DNA of 64,000 nucleotides from Candidatus Omnitrophota bacterium (GCA_020341815.1 CP070837.1:1300575-1364574); one strand, 5' to 3'; positions 48,180-57,754 are shown, numbered from the stretch's first letter. The notes: generated from the letters alone by a model not told the origin. Made by a program: numbers and translations.

Positions 48180-49144
48180 TTCTGGAAGTAATCTTATTCA
48201 TAGTATTTTTTGTTCTGCTTCAGGCCTTTTTCTCCGGCTCGGAGATGGCTGTCGTATCGGTTAATAGAATTAAAATGGAACAGCTGGCGCAAGCGAAGCT
48301 TTCCCAGGCGGTGCTTCTGAAGAAGATGCTCGCCTCACCCGACAAGCTCCTGAGCACGACTCTGGTGGGCACCAATCTTTCGGTGGTTACATCCTCGGCG
48401 GTGTTTACTACATTCATCGTGGCCTATTTTGGCCAGAGATATACCTGGCTTACCTCGGTAGTTATGACGCCGGTTATTTTGATTTTCGGCGAAGCAATCC
48501 CTAAGACCGTGTTCAGGCACTATGCCGATAAGATAACTTACAGGATAGTGGGTATTTTAAGGTTTTTCAGCGTTATTTTTTGGCCGTTGGTTATAGTTAT
48601 GGCTTTTATTTCGCGGATAATTTTATTCCCCTTCAAGACAAAGAAGGCAAAAAAGGTCAGTCCTTTCGTCAGCCGGGAAGAGTTGAAATTACTGATCAGG
48701 GAAATCAAAAAAGACGAGATAATCAAGCCGCATGAGCGCGCTATCATCCACAGAATATTTGAATTCGGCAGCAAAAAGGTCAAGGAGATTATGGTGCCGC
48801 TTAAGGATATAGTAAGCATGGAGGCCGGGGAGGGCGCCTTGCGCCTGAAGGAATTGTCCCGGGAAAAGGGATTTTCCCGTATCCTGGTTTATGAAGGCGA
48901 AAAAGATAACATCACCGGCTTTGCCAATGTGTTCGATGCCCTTTATGAAGAAGGCGCCTACAGCAGGGTGGGTGAGCGTCTGCGCCCGGTGTTACATATG
49001 TCTTCGGAAAGCCCCATTGATAAGGTATTTTACGCTTTGCAGTTAAAAAGGATGCAGGTTGCCGTCCTTGAGGATGAGAATAAGAAAAATATAGGCATGG
49101 TCACCTTTAAAGACCTGCTCGATGAGATTACGGGAGAGATGTAG
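48176..49144 (+). CDS. Second CNNM-type protein (DUF21 + CBS pair, no CorC C-terminus).
   Basis: A paralogous architecture; its start overlaps the upstream stop. Confidence 0.6.
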   Translation: MILEVILFIVFFVLLQAFFSGSEMAVVSVNRIKMEQLAQAKLSQAVLLKKMLASPDKLLSTTLVGTNLSVVTSSAVFTTFIVAYFGQRYTWLTSVVMTPVILIFGEAIPKTVFRHYADKITYRIVGILRFFSVIFWPLVIVMAFISRIILFPFKTKKAKKVSPFVSREELKLLIREIKKDEIIKPHERAIIHRIFEFGSKKVKEIMVPLKDIVSMEAGEGALRLKELSREKGFSRILVYEGEKDNITGFANVFDALYEEGAYSRVGERLRPVLHMSSESPIDKVFYALQLKRMQVAVLEDENKKNIGMVTFKDLLDEITGEM

Positions 49145-49884
49145 TGCTCATTAAATATATCTTTTTAGGGATTATTCAGGGACTGACGGAGTTTTTGCCG
49201 GTGAGCAGTTCCGCGCACCTGGTAATCTTTCAGGAGTTATTTGGGCTTTCGCAGGATAAGGTTGTCTTGAGCATCGCTTTACACCTGGGGAGCCTGGCGG
49301 CGCTGATTGTATTTTTATTTAAAGATATAAAGCGTTTTCTTAAACCCAGGATTGTCTCATCCATATTGCTGGCTACCTTTGTAACGGCAGTAATTGTTAT
49401 TTTGGGACAAGATTATTTTGAAAGCATGTTCTCATCGGGCCGGTTAATCTTACCGCTTATTGTCAGCGGGATAATTTTACTGAGCACAAAGAAGTTTGGC
49501 GGAGGCTTGCGGGGTGCGGATGATTTGAAGCTGGCGGACGGTTTCTGGCTGGGTCTTGTCCAGGGGCTTTCGGTAATCCCCGGGCTTTCCCGCTCGGGCG
49601 TTACGATTTCAACGCTTCTCTTTCGCGGTGTGGAAAGAGAAACCGCTTTTAAGTTTTCCTTTCTGGCTTCGATATTGGCTATTTTAGGGGCGCTTTTTTT
49701 CAAAGTAAAAGATTTTGCCTCGCCCGCTTGCTTTGATAGATATATGCTTTTTGGTTTTCTGGGGGCCTTCTTAAGCGGCCTTCTGGCCTTAAAGGTTCTG
49801 CTGGCAATTATTCGCCGGGCGCGCTTCTACCTGTTCGGCTATTACTGCCTGGCGCTGGCTCTAGTGTTATGGAGGTTATTATGA
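49144..49884 (+). CDS. uppP: Undecaprenyl-diphosphatase.
   Basis: 'GIIQGLTEFLPVSSSAHL' is the BacA/UppP signature. The GTG start overlaps the upstream stop. Confidence 0.75.
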   Translation: MLIKYIFLGIIQGLTEFLPVSSSAHLVIFQELFGLSQDKVVLSIALHLGSLAALIVFLFKDIKRFLKPRIVSSILLATFVTAVIVILGQDYFESMFSSGRLILPLIVSGIILLSTKKFGGGLRGADDLKLADGFWLGLVQGLSVIPGLSRSGVTISTLLFRGVERETAFKFSFLASILAILGALFFKVKDFASPACFDRYMLFGFLGAFLSGLLALKVLLAIIRRARFYLFGYYCLALALVLWRLL

Positions 49885-51230
49885 GGCACTTATCGATAAT
49901 GCTTCCCGAAATCAGGGAGCTGTTGAAATTGAATAAGAAGGAAGAGCTGAACGAGGCCCTGCGCGAGATGCACCCGGCCGATATAGCTGACGCCCTTTTC
50001 GATCTGCATATAAAAGAGCAGGTTGCCCTGATCAGCCGCATCGATAAGGAGCAGATGATTAAGGTCTTTGATGAGCTGGATGAAGAGGAGCAGTTTGAGC
50101 TTCTGGATAAATTGGAGAAAGAGCTCTCCGCCTATCTTTTGAACGAGATGTCTCCGGATGAAAGAGCCGACCTTTTAAGCAGTCTGCCGGATGAGGTGGT
50201 AAATAAATTTCTCAACCTGATGAGCGAGAACGAACGAAAAGATGTGGAGAAGCTGCTGAGGTATCCTGCCAACTCCGCCGGCAGTATTATGACTACGGAA
50301 TATATCTCGCTCACCCCTGAGCTTATGGTGTCTCAGGCCGCTGAGCTCATCAGGCAGGCCGCCCCCAAAAAAGAGACCATTTATTACACTTATGTTACCG
50401 ACCATGAGCACAGATTGGTGGGATTTGTTTCGCTTAAAGATATATTCATGGCCAGGGAAGATGTGCCTATCAAGAAGCTTATGCACCGCAGGGTATTTAA
50501 GGCCTTTGCCGAGCACGATCAGGAAGAGGTAGCCCAGACGGTGCGCAAATATAATCTGCTGGCCCTTCCGGTAATAGATAAGGATAAGAAGCTCGTGGGC
50601 ATAGTTACCGTCGATGATATCATGGATGTCTTGCGCCAGGAAAACACCGAAGACGTTTACAAGATGGCGGCTATGCTTGCGCCAAAGGAAGAATACTTCA
50701 ATACCGGATTTTTTACTCTCGTCAGGCGCAGGATAGTCTGGCTGGTAATCTTACTGATAGCTGTACAGTTTTCCGGGCAAATCCTCAAAAACTACGGCTT
50801 TGCCCTGGAGGCCGTCGTGGCCCTGGCCTTTTTTATTCCCCTGCTTCTTAATACAGCCGGTAATGCCGGGACCCAGTCCAGCACCACCATTATCCGCGGG
50901 CTGGCCACGGGTGAAATAACAATCAATCAGGTCTTAAAGGTTGTGCGTCGGGAGATAGGCTTAGGATTAGTCCTGGGAGGGGCTTTGGGTGTGCTGGGCG
51001 CAGGAAGGGCGCTGCTTTTGCAAGGCAACCCCTTTGTGAGCCTTGCCGTGGGTCTTGCGCTTGCGGCGACTATTGTGATGGCTACCCTGACCGGGGCTTT
51101 TCTGCCGCTTCTTCTAAAGAAACTCAAGATTGACCCGGCGGTGGCAGCCGGCCCTTTTATTTCTACGGTGGTGGATATAACCGCCTTGATAGTCTATTTT
51201 GAAATAGCCAAAGCATTGCTTCATCTGTGA
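49881..51230 (+). CDS. mgtE: Magnesium transporter MgtE.
   Basis: MgtE_N, CBS pair and five-TM channel domains. The start is ATG 49881 or 49869. Confidence 0.8.
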   Translation: MRHLSIMLPEIRELLKLNKKEELNEALREMHPADIADALFDLHIKEQVALISRIDKEQMIKVFDELDEEEQFELLDKLEKELSAYLLNEMSPDERADLLSSLPDEVVNKFLNLMSENERKDVEKLLRYPANSAGSIMTTEYISLTPELMVSQAAELIRQAAPKKETIYYTYVTDHEHRLVGFVSLKDIFMAREDVPIKKLMHRRVFKAFAEHDQEEVAQTVRKYNLLALPVIDKDKKLVGIVTVDDIMDVLRQENTEDVYKMAAMLAPKEEYFNTGFFTLVRRRIVWLVILLIAVQFSGQILKNYGFALEAVVALAFFIPLLLNTAGNAGTQSSTTIIRGLATGEITINQVLKVVRREIGLGLVLGGALGVLGAGRALLLQGNPFVSLAVGLALAATIVMATLTGAFLPLLLKKLKIDPAVAAGPFISTVVDITALIVYFEIAKALLHL

Positions 51231-51246
51231 TATGGAGGTATGAGGA

Positions 51247-52656
51247 ATGAGCGGGATTTTTGGAGTGGTCTCTGCTGAGGATTGCACCCAGACCCTTTTT
51301 TGCGGCACGGATTACCACTCGCATTTAGGGACCGAATATGCGGGGCTGGCTGTTCTGGGTGAGGACTTTTCCCGTCAGATACACAGCATAGGGCAAAGCC
51401 AGTTTAAATCGAAGTTTTATGAAGATTATAAAAAGATGCGGGGCAATAAAGGTATCGGCGTAATCAGCGCCTTTGATGAGCAGCCGATATATCTGCATTC
51501 GCGCTTTGGGCCCTTTTGCATCGTCACAAACGGTTTAGTTGAAAATGCCCAGGAACTGGTTAATGAGCTGTTAAACAAGGGTATATCTTTCAGTGAGGTA
51601 AGCAGGGATACGGTGAATATGCCCGAGTTAGTTGCCAAGCTAATCAATCAGGGCCAGACTCTGGTCGAGGGCATAGAGAAGATGTTCGAGGCGATTGAGG
51701 GCTCCTGCTCGCTTCTGTTGCTGAATAACGAGGGCATTTATGCGGCCAGGGATAAACTGGGTTACACCCCTCTTGTAGTAGGCAGGCGCGGGAATGATTG
51801 GGCGGTAACTACCGAGACCAGCGCCTTTCCCAATATCGATTTTGAAGTCGTAAAATATCTTCAGCCGGGCGAGATAGTTTTATTAAAGGAGGAAGGCCTG
51901 GCTGATAAAAAACCGGGCTCTGGCCTGGCCCAGGTCTGCACCTTTCTCTGGATATATACAGGATTTCCCGCCTCCAGTTACGAAGGGATAAACGTGGAGG
52001 TGGTCCGTGAGCGCTCGGGGCGCGCCTTAGCCAGGAAGGATAAGGATATAAATATAGATTTGGTCTCGGGCGTGCCTGATTCGGGTACGGGCCATGCCTT
52101 AGGTTATTCTGCTGAGTCAGGTAAGCCCTATCGGCGACCCCTGGTTAAATATACGCCCGGATACGGCCGCAGTTACACTCCGCCCTCGCAGGAGGCGCGC
52201 GATTTAATCGCCCGGATGAAGCTGATTCCGGTCAGGGAAATAATCGAGGGCAACAGGATTGTGGTTTGTGAGGATTCTATCGTCCGCGGCACGCAATTAA
52301 AGAACTTCACCGTTAAAAAATTATGGGAGGCCGCAGCGCGCGAAGTGCACGTGCGCCCGGCGTGTCCGCCTTTGATGTTTCCCTGCAGGTTTAATCTTTC
52401 CACCCGCAGTATCCGCGAGCTGGCTGCCCGCAGGGCTATCCATAGCCTGGAGGGGCATGAATTGGAAGATGTCTCAAAGTATCTCAATCATCACACCCAG
52501 GAATATAAGAGAATGGTGGAATGGATTGCCCGGGACTTAGAGGTGACTACGCTTAGATATCAAACCGTGGATGATATGGTTAAAGCCATAGGCCTGCCTA
52601 AAGAGAGGCTCTGCCTCTATTGCTGGAATGGGCAGTGCCCCCTGAAAGGGATATGA
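51247..52656 (+). CDS. Amidophosphoribosyltransferase-like protein (class II glutamine-amidotransferase/PRTase fold) with Ser in place of the N-terminal Cys.
   Basis: The N-terminus is 'MSGIFGV' where PurF has 'MCGIVGI'. The C-terminus carries a PRPP motif 'VVCEDSIVRGTQL'. Confidence 0.55.
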   Translation: MSGIFGVVSAEDCTQTLFCGTDYHSHLGTEYAGLAVLGEDFSRQIHSIGQSQFKSKFYEDYKKMRGNKGIGVISAFDEQPIYLHSRFGPFCIVTNGLVENAQELVNELLNKGISFSEVSRDTVNMPELVAKLINQGQTLVEGIEKMFEAIEGSCSLLLLNNEGIYAARDKLGYTPLVVGRRGNDWAVTTETSAFPNIDFEVVKYLQPGEIVLLKEEGLADKKPGSGLAQVCTFLWIYTGFPASSYEGINVEVVRERSGRALARKDKDINIDLVSGVPDSGTGHALGYSAESGKPYRRPLVKYTPGYGRSYTPPSQEARDLIARMKLIPVREIIEGNRIVVCEDSIVRGTQLKNFTVKKLWEAAAREVHVRPACPPLMFPCRFNLSTRSIRELAARRAIHSLEGHELEDVSKYLNHHTQEYKRMVEWIARDLEVTTLRYQTVDDMVKAIGLPKERLCLYCWNGQCPLKGI

Positions 52657-53366
52657 TGCTTCTATACGGAAAGAACTCTGTTCTTGAGCGGCTGAAGGTC
52701 AATCCCGCCAGCATAAAAAAGATATGCCTGCAGGATAATTTTTCTTCAGGCTCCATAGAGAAATTAATAAAGGAAAATAAGATTCCTCAGGAACGCCTCT
52801 CTGCCCGGAAATTAGCCAGAATAAAACCCGCCAAAGATTTGCAAGGCATAGTCGCTAGGATAGATAACTTTACATATATCCCCTTTGATGATTTGTTAAA
52901 AGAGGCGCGTCTTTCGCTTATATTTTTGGATAGAGTAAACGACCCCCATAACTTAGGGGTTATTATCCGCACCGCCGCCTGCTTCGGCGGCAATGCCGTG
53001 ATTATCCCTAAATATAAGGCCTGCGAGGTAAATGAGACGGTTCTGCATGTGGCCTCGGGAGGAGAGAATTATATTCCGGTGTCGCTCGTCTCCAATCTTT
53101 CCAATGCCTTAATCAAGGCCAAGAAGCGCGGATACTGGATTGCAGGCGCTGTTGTAAGTAATGAGGCCCAGGATATAAGTAAGGTTTCTCTGCCTTTTCC
53201 CCTGGCGCTTCTTTTGGGCTCAGAGGGTGAGGGTATTCGCAGGGGATTAGAAAAGCGCCTTGATATAAGCCTGAGTATTCCGATGAAGGGGGCGGGGCTT
53301 TCCTTTAACGTGGGTATGGCTTGTGCCATTTTCTGTTATGAGATATCCAGACAAAGACATACTTAA
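52653..53366 (+). CDS. rlmB: TrmH/SpoU-family RNA 2'-O-methyltransferase (RlmB-like).
   Basis: SpoU motifs ('DRVNDPHNLGVIIRTA', 'LLLGSEGEGI'). The ATG overlaps the upstream stop. Confidence 0.7.
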   Translation: MMLLYGKNSVLERLKVNPASIKKICLQDNFSSGSIEKLIKENKIPQERLSARKLARIKPAKDLQGIVARIDNFTYIPFDDLLKEARLSLIFLDRVNDPHNLGVIIRTAACFGGNAVIIPKYKACEVNETVLHVASGGENYIPVSLVSNLSNALIKAKKRGYWIAGAVVSNEAQDISKVSLPFPLALLLGSEGEGIRRGLEKRLDISLSIPMKGAGLSFNVGMACAIFCYEISRQRHT

Positions 53367-53922
53367 TTTTATTGCCGAGGCGGGCTTACTTAAGCGCCTG
53401 CGGCGTTCGGGTTGGTCGGTGATGGGAGTTAAAGACGCAGAGACCGTTGCCGAGCACAGCTTCAGGTGCGCGGTGATAGCCTATCTCCTTGCCCGCATGG
53501 AGGGCGTTTCGCCTTATAAGGTATTGCTGATGGCCCTGTTTAACGATATCCAGGAGGCGCGGATTACCGATTTACACAAGATGGCCCAGCGCTATATAGA
53601 GGCGCATGCAGCAGAGGACAAATCCTTTAACGAGCAAATCAGCTCTTTACCCAAGAATATAAAGAAAGAGTTGAAAGATATGTATAGGGAGTATAAAGCT
53701 CAACAGAGCAAAGAAAGCATTATCGCCAGGGATGCCGATATCCTGGAGTGCCTGATTCAGGCCAAGGAGTATTATGAATACGGCTATCCCGAGGCCACCA
53801 AGTTTATGAAAAAGGCCCCGCGCTTTCTCAAGACAAAAAGCGCCCGAAGCGTCTGGCGGCAGGGGAAAAATATGAGCCTTAACGAGTGGTGGTTTGAGTT
53901 AAGCGATTTTAAGCGCTTGTAG
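53323..53922 (+). CDS. HD-domain phosphohydrolase (YfbR-like 5'-nucleotidase family).
   Basis: HD motif context ('AEHSFR...', 'ITDL'). Confidence 0.5.
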   Translation: MPFSVMRYPDKDILNFIAEAGLLKRLRRSGWSVMGVKDAETVAEHSFRCAVIAYLLARMEGVSPYKVLLMALFNDIQEARITDLHKMAQRYIEAHAAEDKSFNEQISSLPKNIKKELKDMYREYKAQQSKESIIARDADILECLIQAKEYYEYGYPEATKFMKKAPRFLKTKSARSVWRQGKNMSLNEWWFELSDFKRL

Positions 53923-53957
53923 AGAATCATTGCGCTAAAAATTTTCAATAAATAGTC

Positions 53958-54116
53958 TTGCATAAATATGCAAGAGGGTATACAATATGCCCCTGTGGAG
54001 AAGGGCAGGCCTTTTGCCTGTCGCGGGTAGAACCGTGTTAAAACAAATAAAGATCTCAATGTCAGAATGGATCTTTCACCCATTATTGCCAATGGTGAAA
54101 GATCCTTTTGTTTTTA
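53958..54116 (+). promoter_or_regulatory. Sigma70-type promoter with a palindromic -35, followed by a leader carrying mutually exclusive antiterminator and intrinsic-terminator hairpins upstream of kamA.
   Basis: The -35 TTGCAT sits inside the palindrome TTGCATAAATATGCAA, then 17 bp, then the -10 TACAAT. The terminator is GGATCTTTCACC…GGTGAAAGATCC (54069-54105) with a T-run at 54106-54116. The alternative hairpin AAGATC (54050-55) / GATCTT (54070-75) overlaps the terminator's 5' arm. Confidence 0.5.
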
Positions 54117-54151
54117 TGAGGTAAACCTTTCATAAGGAGGGGAAAAGTGCC

Positions 54152-55276
54152 ATGGGCACAGAAGTAAAAGAATTGTTGTTAGAGAGGGATGAACCTCCAG
54201 GTAGTTTGAACTGGAACAGCTGGAGGTGGCAATTACGAAATGCCGTAAGAAATGCAGAGACATTAGAAAAAATAATTCCCTTGAACTCTGAACAAAAGCA
54301 GAGCTTAAGCAAGGTTATTGCCAAATATCCCCTGGCAATAACGCCTTATTATTTATCGCTCATTGATAGAAATAACCCGCAGGATGCCGTGAGGATGCAA
54401 TGCGTGCCTTCAGCTGAGGAAATGAAGCTGTATTTTGAAATGCACGACGACCCTCTCGGCGAGGAAGATGATTCCGTGCTCCCCGGGCTTATTCATCGCT
54501 ATCCCGACAGGGTGCTTTTGGTCCTGACTAATATGTGCCCTGTTTATTGCAGGCACTGCACCCGAAAAAGGCAGTGGTGTAAGGGTAATTGGATCAGCCG
54601 CCCCAAGGAGCTGGAGAATACATATCGCTATATCGAGATGCACACGGAGATTCGGGATGTTATTCTCTCAGGGGGCGACCCGCTTATCCTATCTACGGCG
54701 ATGCTGGAAGGGGTATTAAGCAGGCTCAGGCAAATCAGGCATGTTGAGATTGTCAGGATCGGCACGCGTTGTCCGGTTGTCCTTCCCCAGAGGATAGACG
54801 CAGAGTTGGTTGCCATGCTTAAGAAATACCGACCCCTGTGGGTAAATACGCATTTTAATCACCCCAATGAAATAACGAAGGAATCCGCCAGGGCGGCTGA
54901 TATGATGCTTTGCGCGGGGCTTGCGCTTAATAATCAGAGTGTGCTTCTAAAGGGGATAAATGACAGCGTAGAGATTATGACCAGGCTTTGCCAGAGGCTG
55001 CTTGGGATTGGAGTAAGGCCTTATTATCTTTTCCAGTGCGACCCCGTAAGCGGCACGGCCCATTTCAGGACTTCGGTGGAAAAGGGCATAGAGATTATAA
55101 GGGCCATGCGGGGATTTACCTCAGGCCTGTGCGTGCCTACTTTTGTAGTGGACGGACTCAAAGGTCAGGGAAAGGTGCCTCTTGCGCCCAATTACTTAGT
55201 CTCCAAAGAAGATAACTATATGCTGCTTGAGGGATATGAGGGGAAGCGGTTTAAGTATTACAATCCGGAGGATTAG
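54152..55276 (+). CDS. kamA: L-lysine 2,3-aminomutase (radical SAM, KamA/AblA-like).
   Basis: 'CPVYCRHCTRK' radical-SAM cluster motif and a KamA-like core; 374 aa. Confidence 0.7.
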   Translation: MGTEVKELLLERDEPPGSLNWNSWRWQLRNAVRNAETLEKIIPLNSEQKQSLSKVIAKYPLAITPYYLSLIDRNNPQDAVRMQCVPSAEEMKLYFEMHDDPLGEEDDSVLPGLIHRYPDRVLLVLTNMCPVYCRHCTRKRQWCKGNWISRPKELENTYRYIEMHTEIRDVILSGGDPLILSTAMLEGVLSRLRQIRHVEIVRIGTRCPVVLPQRIDAELVAMLKKYRPLWVNTHFNHPNEITKESARAADMMLCAGLALNNQSVLLKGINDSVEIMTRLCQRLLGIGVRPYYLFQCDPVSGTAHFRTSVEKGIEIIRAMRGFTSGLCVPTFVVDGLKGQGKVPLAPNYLVSKEDNYMLLEGYEGKRFKYYNPED

Positions 55277-56317
55277 GTGAAGATAGGCATAACTTACAAC
55301 CTGAAAGACGACTTATCCCCCGATGCCATCGTTAACGATGAGTTTGCCGAGGAGTTCGATAGCGCCGCAACTATTGACGCCATATGCGGAGTTTTGCAGC
55401 AGGAAGGCTATGACAGCGTAAAGTTGGGCGGGACACTTGATATCGTCGGCAGAATAAATAAAGAAAATATAGATTTCGTATTTAATATCGCAGAAGGCGC
55501 ATGCGGCAGAAACCGCGAATCGCACGTCCCTTCACTTTTAGAGATGTGTGATATGCCTTATTCCGGCTCCGACCCTCTGACGCTGGGGCTTACGCTGGAT
55601 AAGATTATGACCAAGAAGATTGCCTATTATGCGGGCATTCCCACGCCCAATTATAAGGTAATATGGCAATCGGAAGACCTGAAAACAATAGAAAATGTCT
55701 TGAGGTATCCCCTGATAACAAAACCGGCCTGGGAGGGCTCCAGCAAAGGGATATATAATTCATCCAAAGTATCCGATGGGGATAATTTGAAGAAGAACGT
55801 AAAGCTGCTTCGAGAGAAGTATCCGCATCAGCCGATACTGGTTGAGGAATACATCGAGGGCAAGGAAATCACCGTCGGCGTAATAGGCAATAACCCTGCG
55901 CAAATCTTAGGGGTTATGGAGATTGTAAATAAACATTTGCCGGGTGAGGATTTGCTTTATTCGCTTGAGGTGAAGAAAGACTGGAGGAACTTAGTTGATT
56001 ATCTGGTGCCGGCGAATGTAGGTAAATTAGAGGACAGACATATAAGGCATTATGCGCTTTCGGCCTTCCGGGAGTTTGGCTGCCGGGATATCGCAAGAGT
56101 AGATTTTAAGCTTTCCCGAAGCCAAAACAAGATATTTCTGCTGGAGATAAATCCGCTTCCGGGTTTATCGCCCGAATATGCCGACCTTGTGATAATGAGC
56201 CGAAAGGCGGGAATAGAATACAGGGACCTGGTTCTGTCTATTCTGTATCAGGGGTTTTCACGTTATGAATCTTTGGGGAAAATGGTAAAAATTTCAAGGG
56301 TGGGTCTTAAACTATGA
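55277..56317 (+). CDS. D-alanine-D-alanine ligase-family ATP-grasp enzyme.
   Basis: An N-terminal Ddl-like 'FNIAEGACGRNRES…LEMCDMPYSGS' block and a C-terminal ATP-grasp fold. Confidence 0.55.
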   Translation: MKIGITYNLKDDLSPDAIVNDEFAEEFDSAATIDAICGVLQQEGYDSVKLGGTLDIVGRINKENIDFVFNIAEGACGRNRESHVPSLLEMCDMPYSGSDPLTLGLTLDKIMTKKIAYYAGIPTPNYKVIWQSEDLKTIENVLRYPLITKPAWEGSSKGIYNSSKVSDGDNLKKNVKLLREKYPHQPILVEEYIEGKEITVGVIGNNPAQILGVMEIVNKHLPGEDLLYSLEVKKDWRNLVDYLVPANVGKLEDRHIRHYALSAFREFGCRDIARVDFKLSRSQNKIFLLEINPLPGLSPEYADLVIMSRKAGIEYRDLVLSILYQGFSRYESLGKMVKISRVGLKL

Positions 56318-57303
56318 AGCAATATGATTTTGCCTTAGCCTGGAACAGCGGAAGCAAGGAAAAGTTTGTTACGTGGACACGGAAGGAATGCACCGTCAGG
56401 GGGATGAAATTCCATCTGATAACCGAAAAGAACGTGGAAGGGACAATTGAGGACCTCGAGAAGAATAAATTGAAGATAAAGTTTCTTCTGGATAATGAGT
56501 CCGATTACGAGGATAAGAGAAATTTATTTGCCCGGCTCTGTTATGCGGTCAAGGATAACGGGGGTACTGTGGTCTGCGACCCGGACGATGCCCGCCAGGC
56601 GGCAAATAAGGCGATTACGCACTATGATTTGGTGAAGGCGAAGCTTCCCGTTCCCTATACGGTTGTTGTGCGTAACTGGGAGCCGGATGATTTTAAATTG
56701 ACCAAGGATGAGCTGAAGTCATTAGGCGCGCCCTTTATAATAAAACCGGCCTCAGGGTTTGGTCAGCAGGGCGTGCTTAAAAATGCCAACGGCTCTATTA
56801 CAGAGATAGCCCAGGCAAGGCATTTCAGCAGGGGCGATGATTTTCTCCTGCAGGAAAAGGTTAATCCGCTTATCCTGGGGGATAGGCAGGCCTGGTTCAG
56901 GACGTATTTTCTGTTTGGCGAGATTATCCCCTGCTGGTGGGATACCGAAAGCGGCCGCTACGCCCACGTTACCCTGCGCCAGATGTATAATTATAAGCTG
57001 CTTCCGCTTGCCCGGATTATTTCCGAGATAGCACGGATAACCAATATGGATTTCTTCTCATCGGAGATTGCCATTACCGGCAAAGAAAAAAAGAAGCATT
57101 TCATGGCCATAGACTATGTAAACGACCAGCCCGAGCTCTGCGTGCGTTCTCAAAAGGGCGGGGAAGGGCCGGTATCCGAGATAGTGCAGCATATTTCCGA
57201 AAAAATAGTAGAGACGGCCTGGCGCATCTCCAGAGGCGTATATACCGGAATGCACCGTTCGATATGGCTTGCAAAGGCAACGCATGAGGATGAGAGCATC
57301 TAG
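56314..57303 (+). CDS. Second ATP-grasp-family ligase (RimK-like core).
   Basis: 'FIIKPASGFGQQGV' ATP-grasp glycine-rich loop. The start overlaps the upstream stop. Confidence 0.45.
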   Translation: MKQYDFALAWNSGSKEKFVTWTRKECTVRGMKFHLITEKNVEGTIEDLEKNKLKIKFLLDNESDYEDKRNLFARLCYAVKDNGGTVVCDPDDARQAANKAITHYDLVKAKLPVPYTVVVRNWEPDDFKLTKDELKSLGAPFIIKPASGFGQQGVLKNANGSITEIAQARHFSRGDDFLLQEKVNPLILGDRQAWFRTYFLFGEIIPCWWDTESGRYAHVTLRQMYNYKLLPLARIISEIARITNMDFFSSEIAITGKEKKKHFMAIDYVNDQPELCVRSQKGGEGPVSEIVQHISEKIVETAWRISRGVYTGMHRSIWLAKATHEDESI

Positions 57304-57320
57304 GCCCATGAGCAGGAGAG

Positions 57321-57740
57321 ATGAGGTTTCCCAGAAGCACCCGCAAATTCGACGAAATCTTCAAAAAGGCGCATTGCCCCGCTCCCTCAGAGCTTAAGGG
57401 CGAATACTTCGTCGATATGCTCAGTGCCCTTCCCACCTTAAGAGGCTTTTTCCACCGCAAGGTTTTTATCCCCGAAGGAGACGGAGTTTCAGGTTACAAT
57501 CTGCTTTTTGCCGACAAAAAGTGGGGCGCTTTTTTTCTGGAGAAAGGGATTTGTAATGAGCTGGGCTCGATAGAGGCAATGGTAATAAATTACGATAGAG
57601 AAGAAAATTCCTTTCTCACCAATAAAATCAGGGATTATATAAGATGTATCGAGCCGGGAAGGTTATACATCGGCCGCTTCAATTACCTTTTTATGGGAAA
57701 ATTGCGCTTTCTGGGATATTTTAGTTTGAGCAAGGCATAG
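57321..57740 (+). CDS. Hypothetical protein, last gene of the kamA/ATP-grasp cluster.
   Basis: 139-aa ORF with no recognisable motifs. Confidence 0.25.
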   Translation: MRFPRSTRKFDEIFKKAHCPAPSELKGEYFVDMLSALPTLRGFFHRKVFIPEGDGVSGYNLLFADKKWGAFFLEKGICNELGSIEAMVINYDREENSFLTNKIRDYIRCIEPGRLYIGRFNYLFMGKLRFLGYFSLSKA

Positions 57741-57754
57741 AAAAGGGGGCCTCT

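Noticed and set aside
54020-54040. T-box-like sequence (GGGTAGAACCGTG resembling the GGGUGGNACCGCG T-box) in the kamA leader.
   Set aside because: It lies ~50 nt upstream of the terminator rather than forming the antiterminator bulge. The leader is far too short for a Stem I/specifier domain, and no canonical L-box (GAGGCGC…) motifs are present. The leader is therefore reported as class unknown.
57321-57740. Assigning the 139-aa ORF after the ATP-grasp genes as a GNAT acetyltransferase (AblB-like), which would make the cluster an N-epsilon-acetyl-beta-lysine pathway.
   Set aside because: No GNAT motif A (Q/RxxGxG/A) or recognisable acetyl-CoA-binding signature could be found by eye. It is left as hypothetical.
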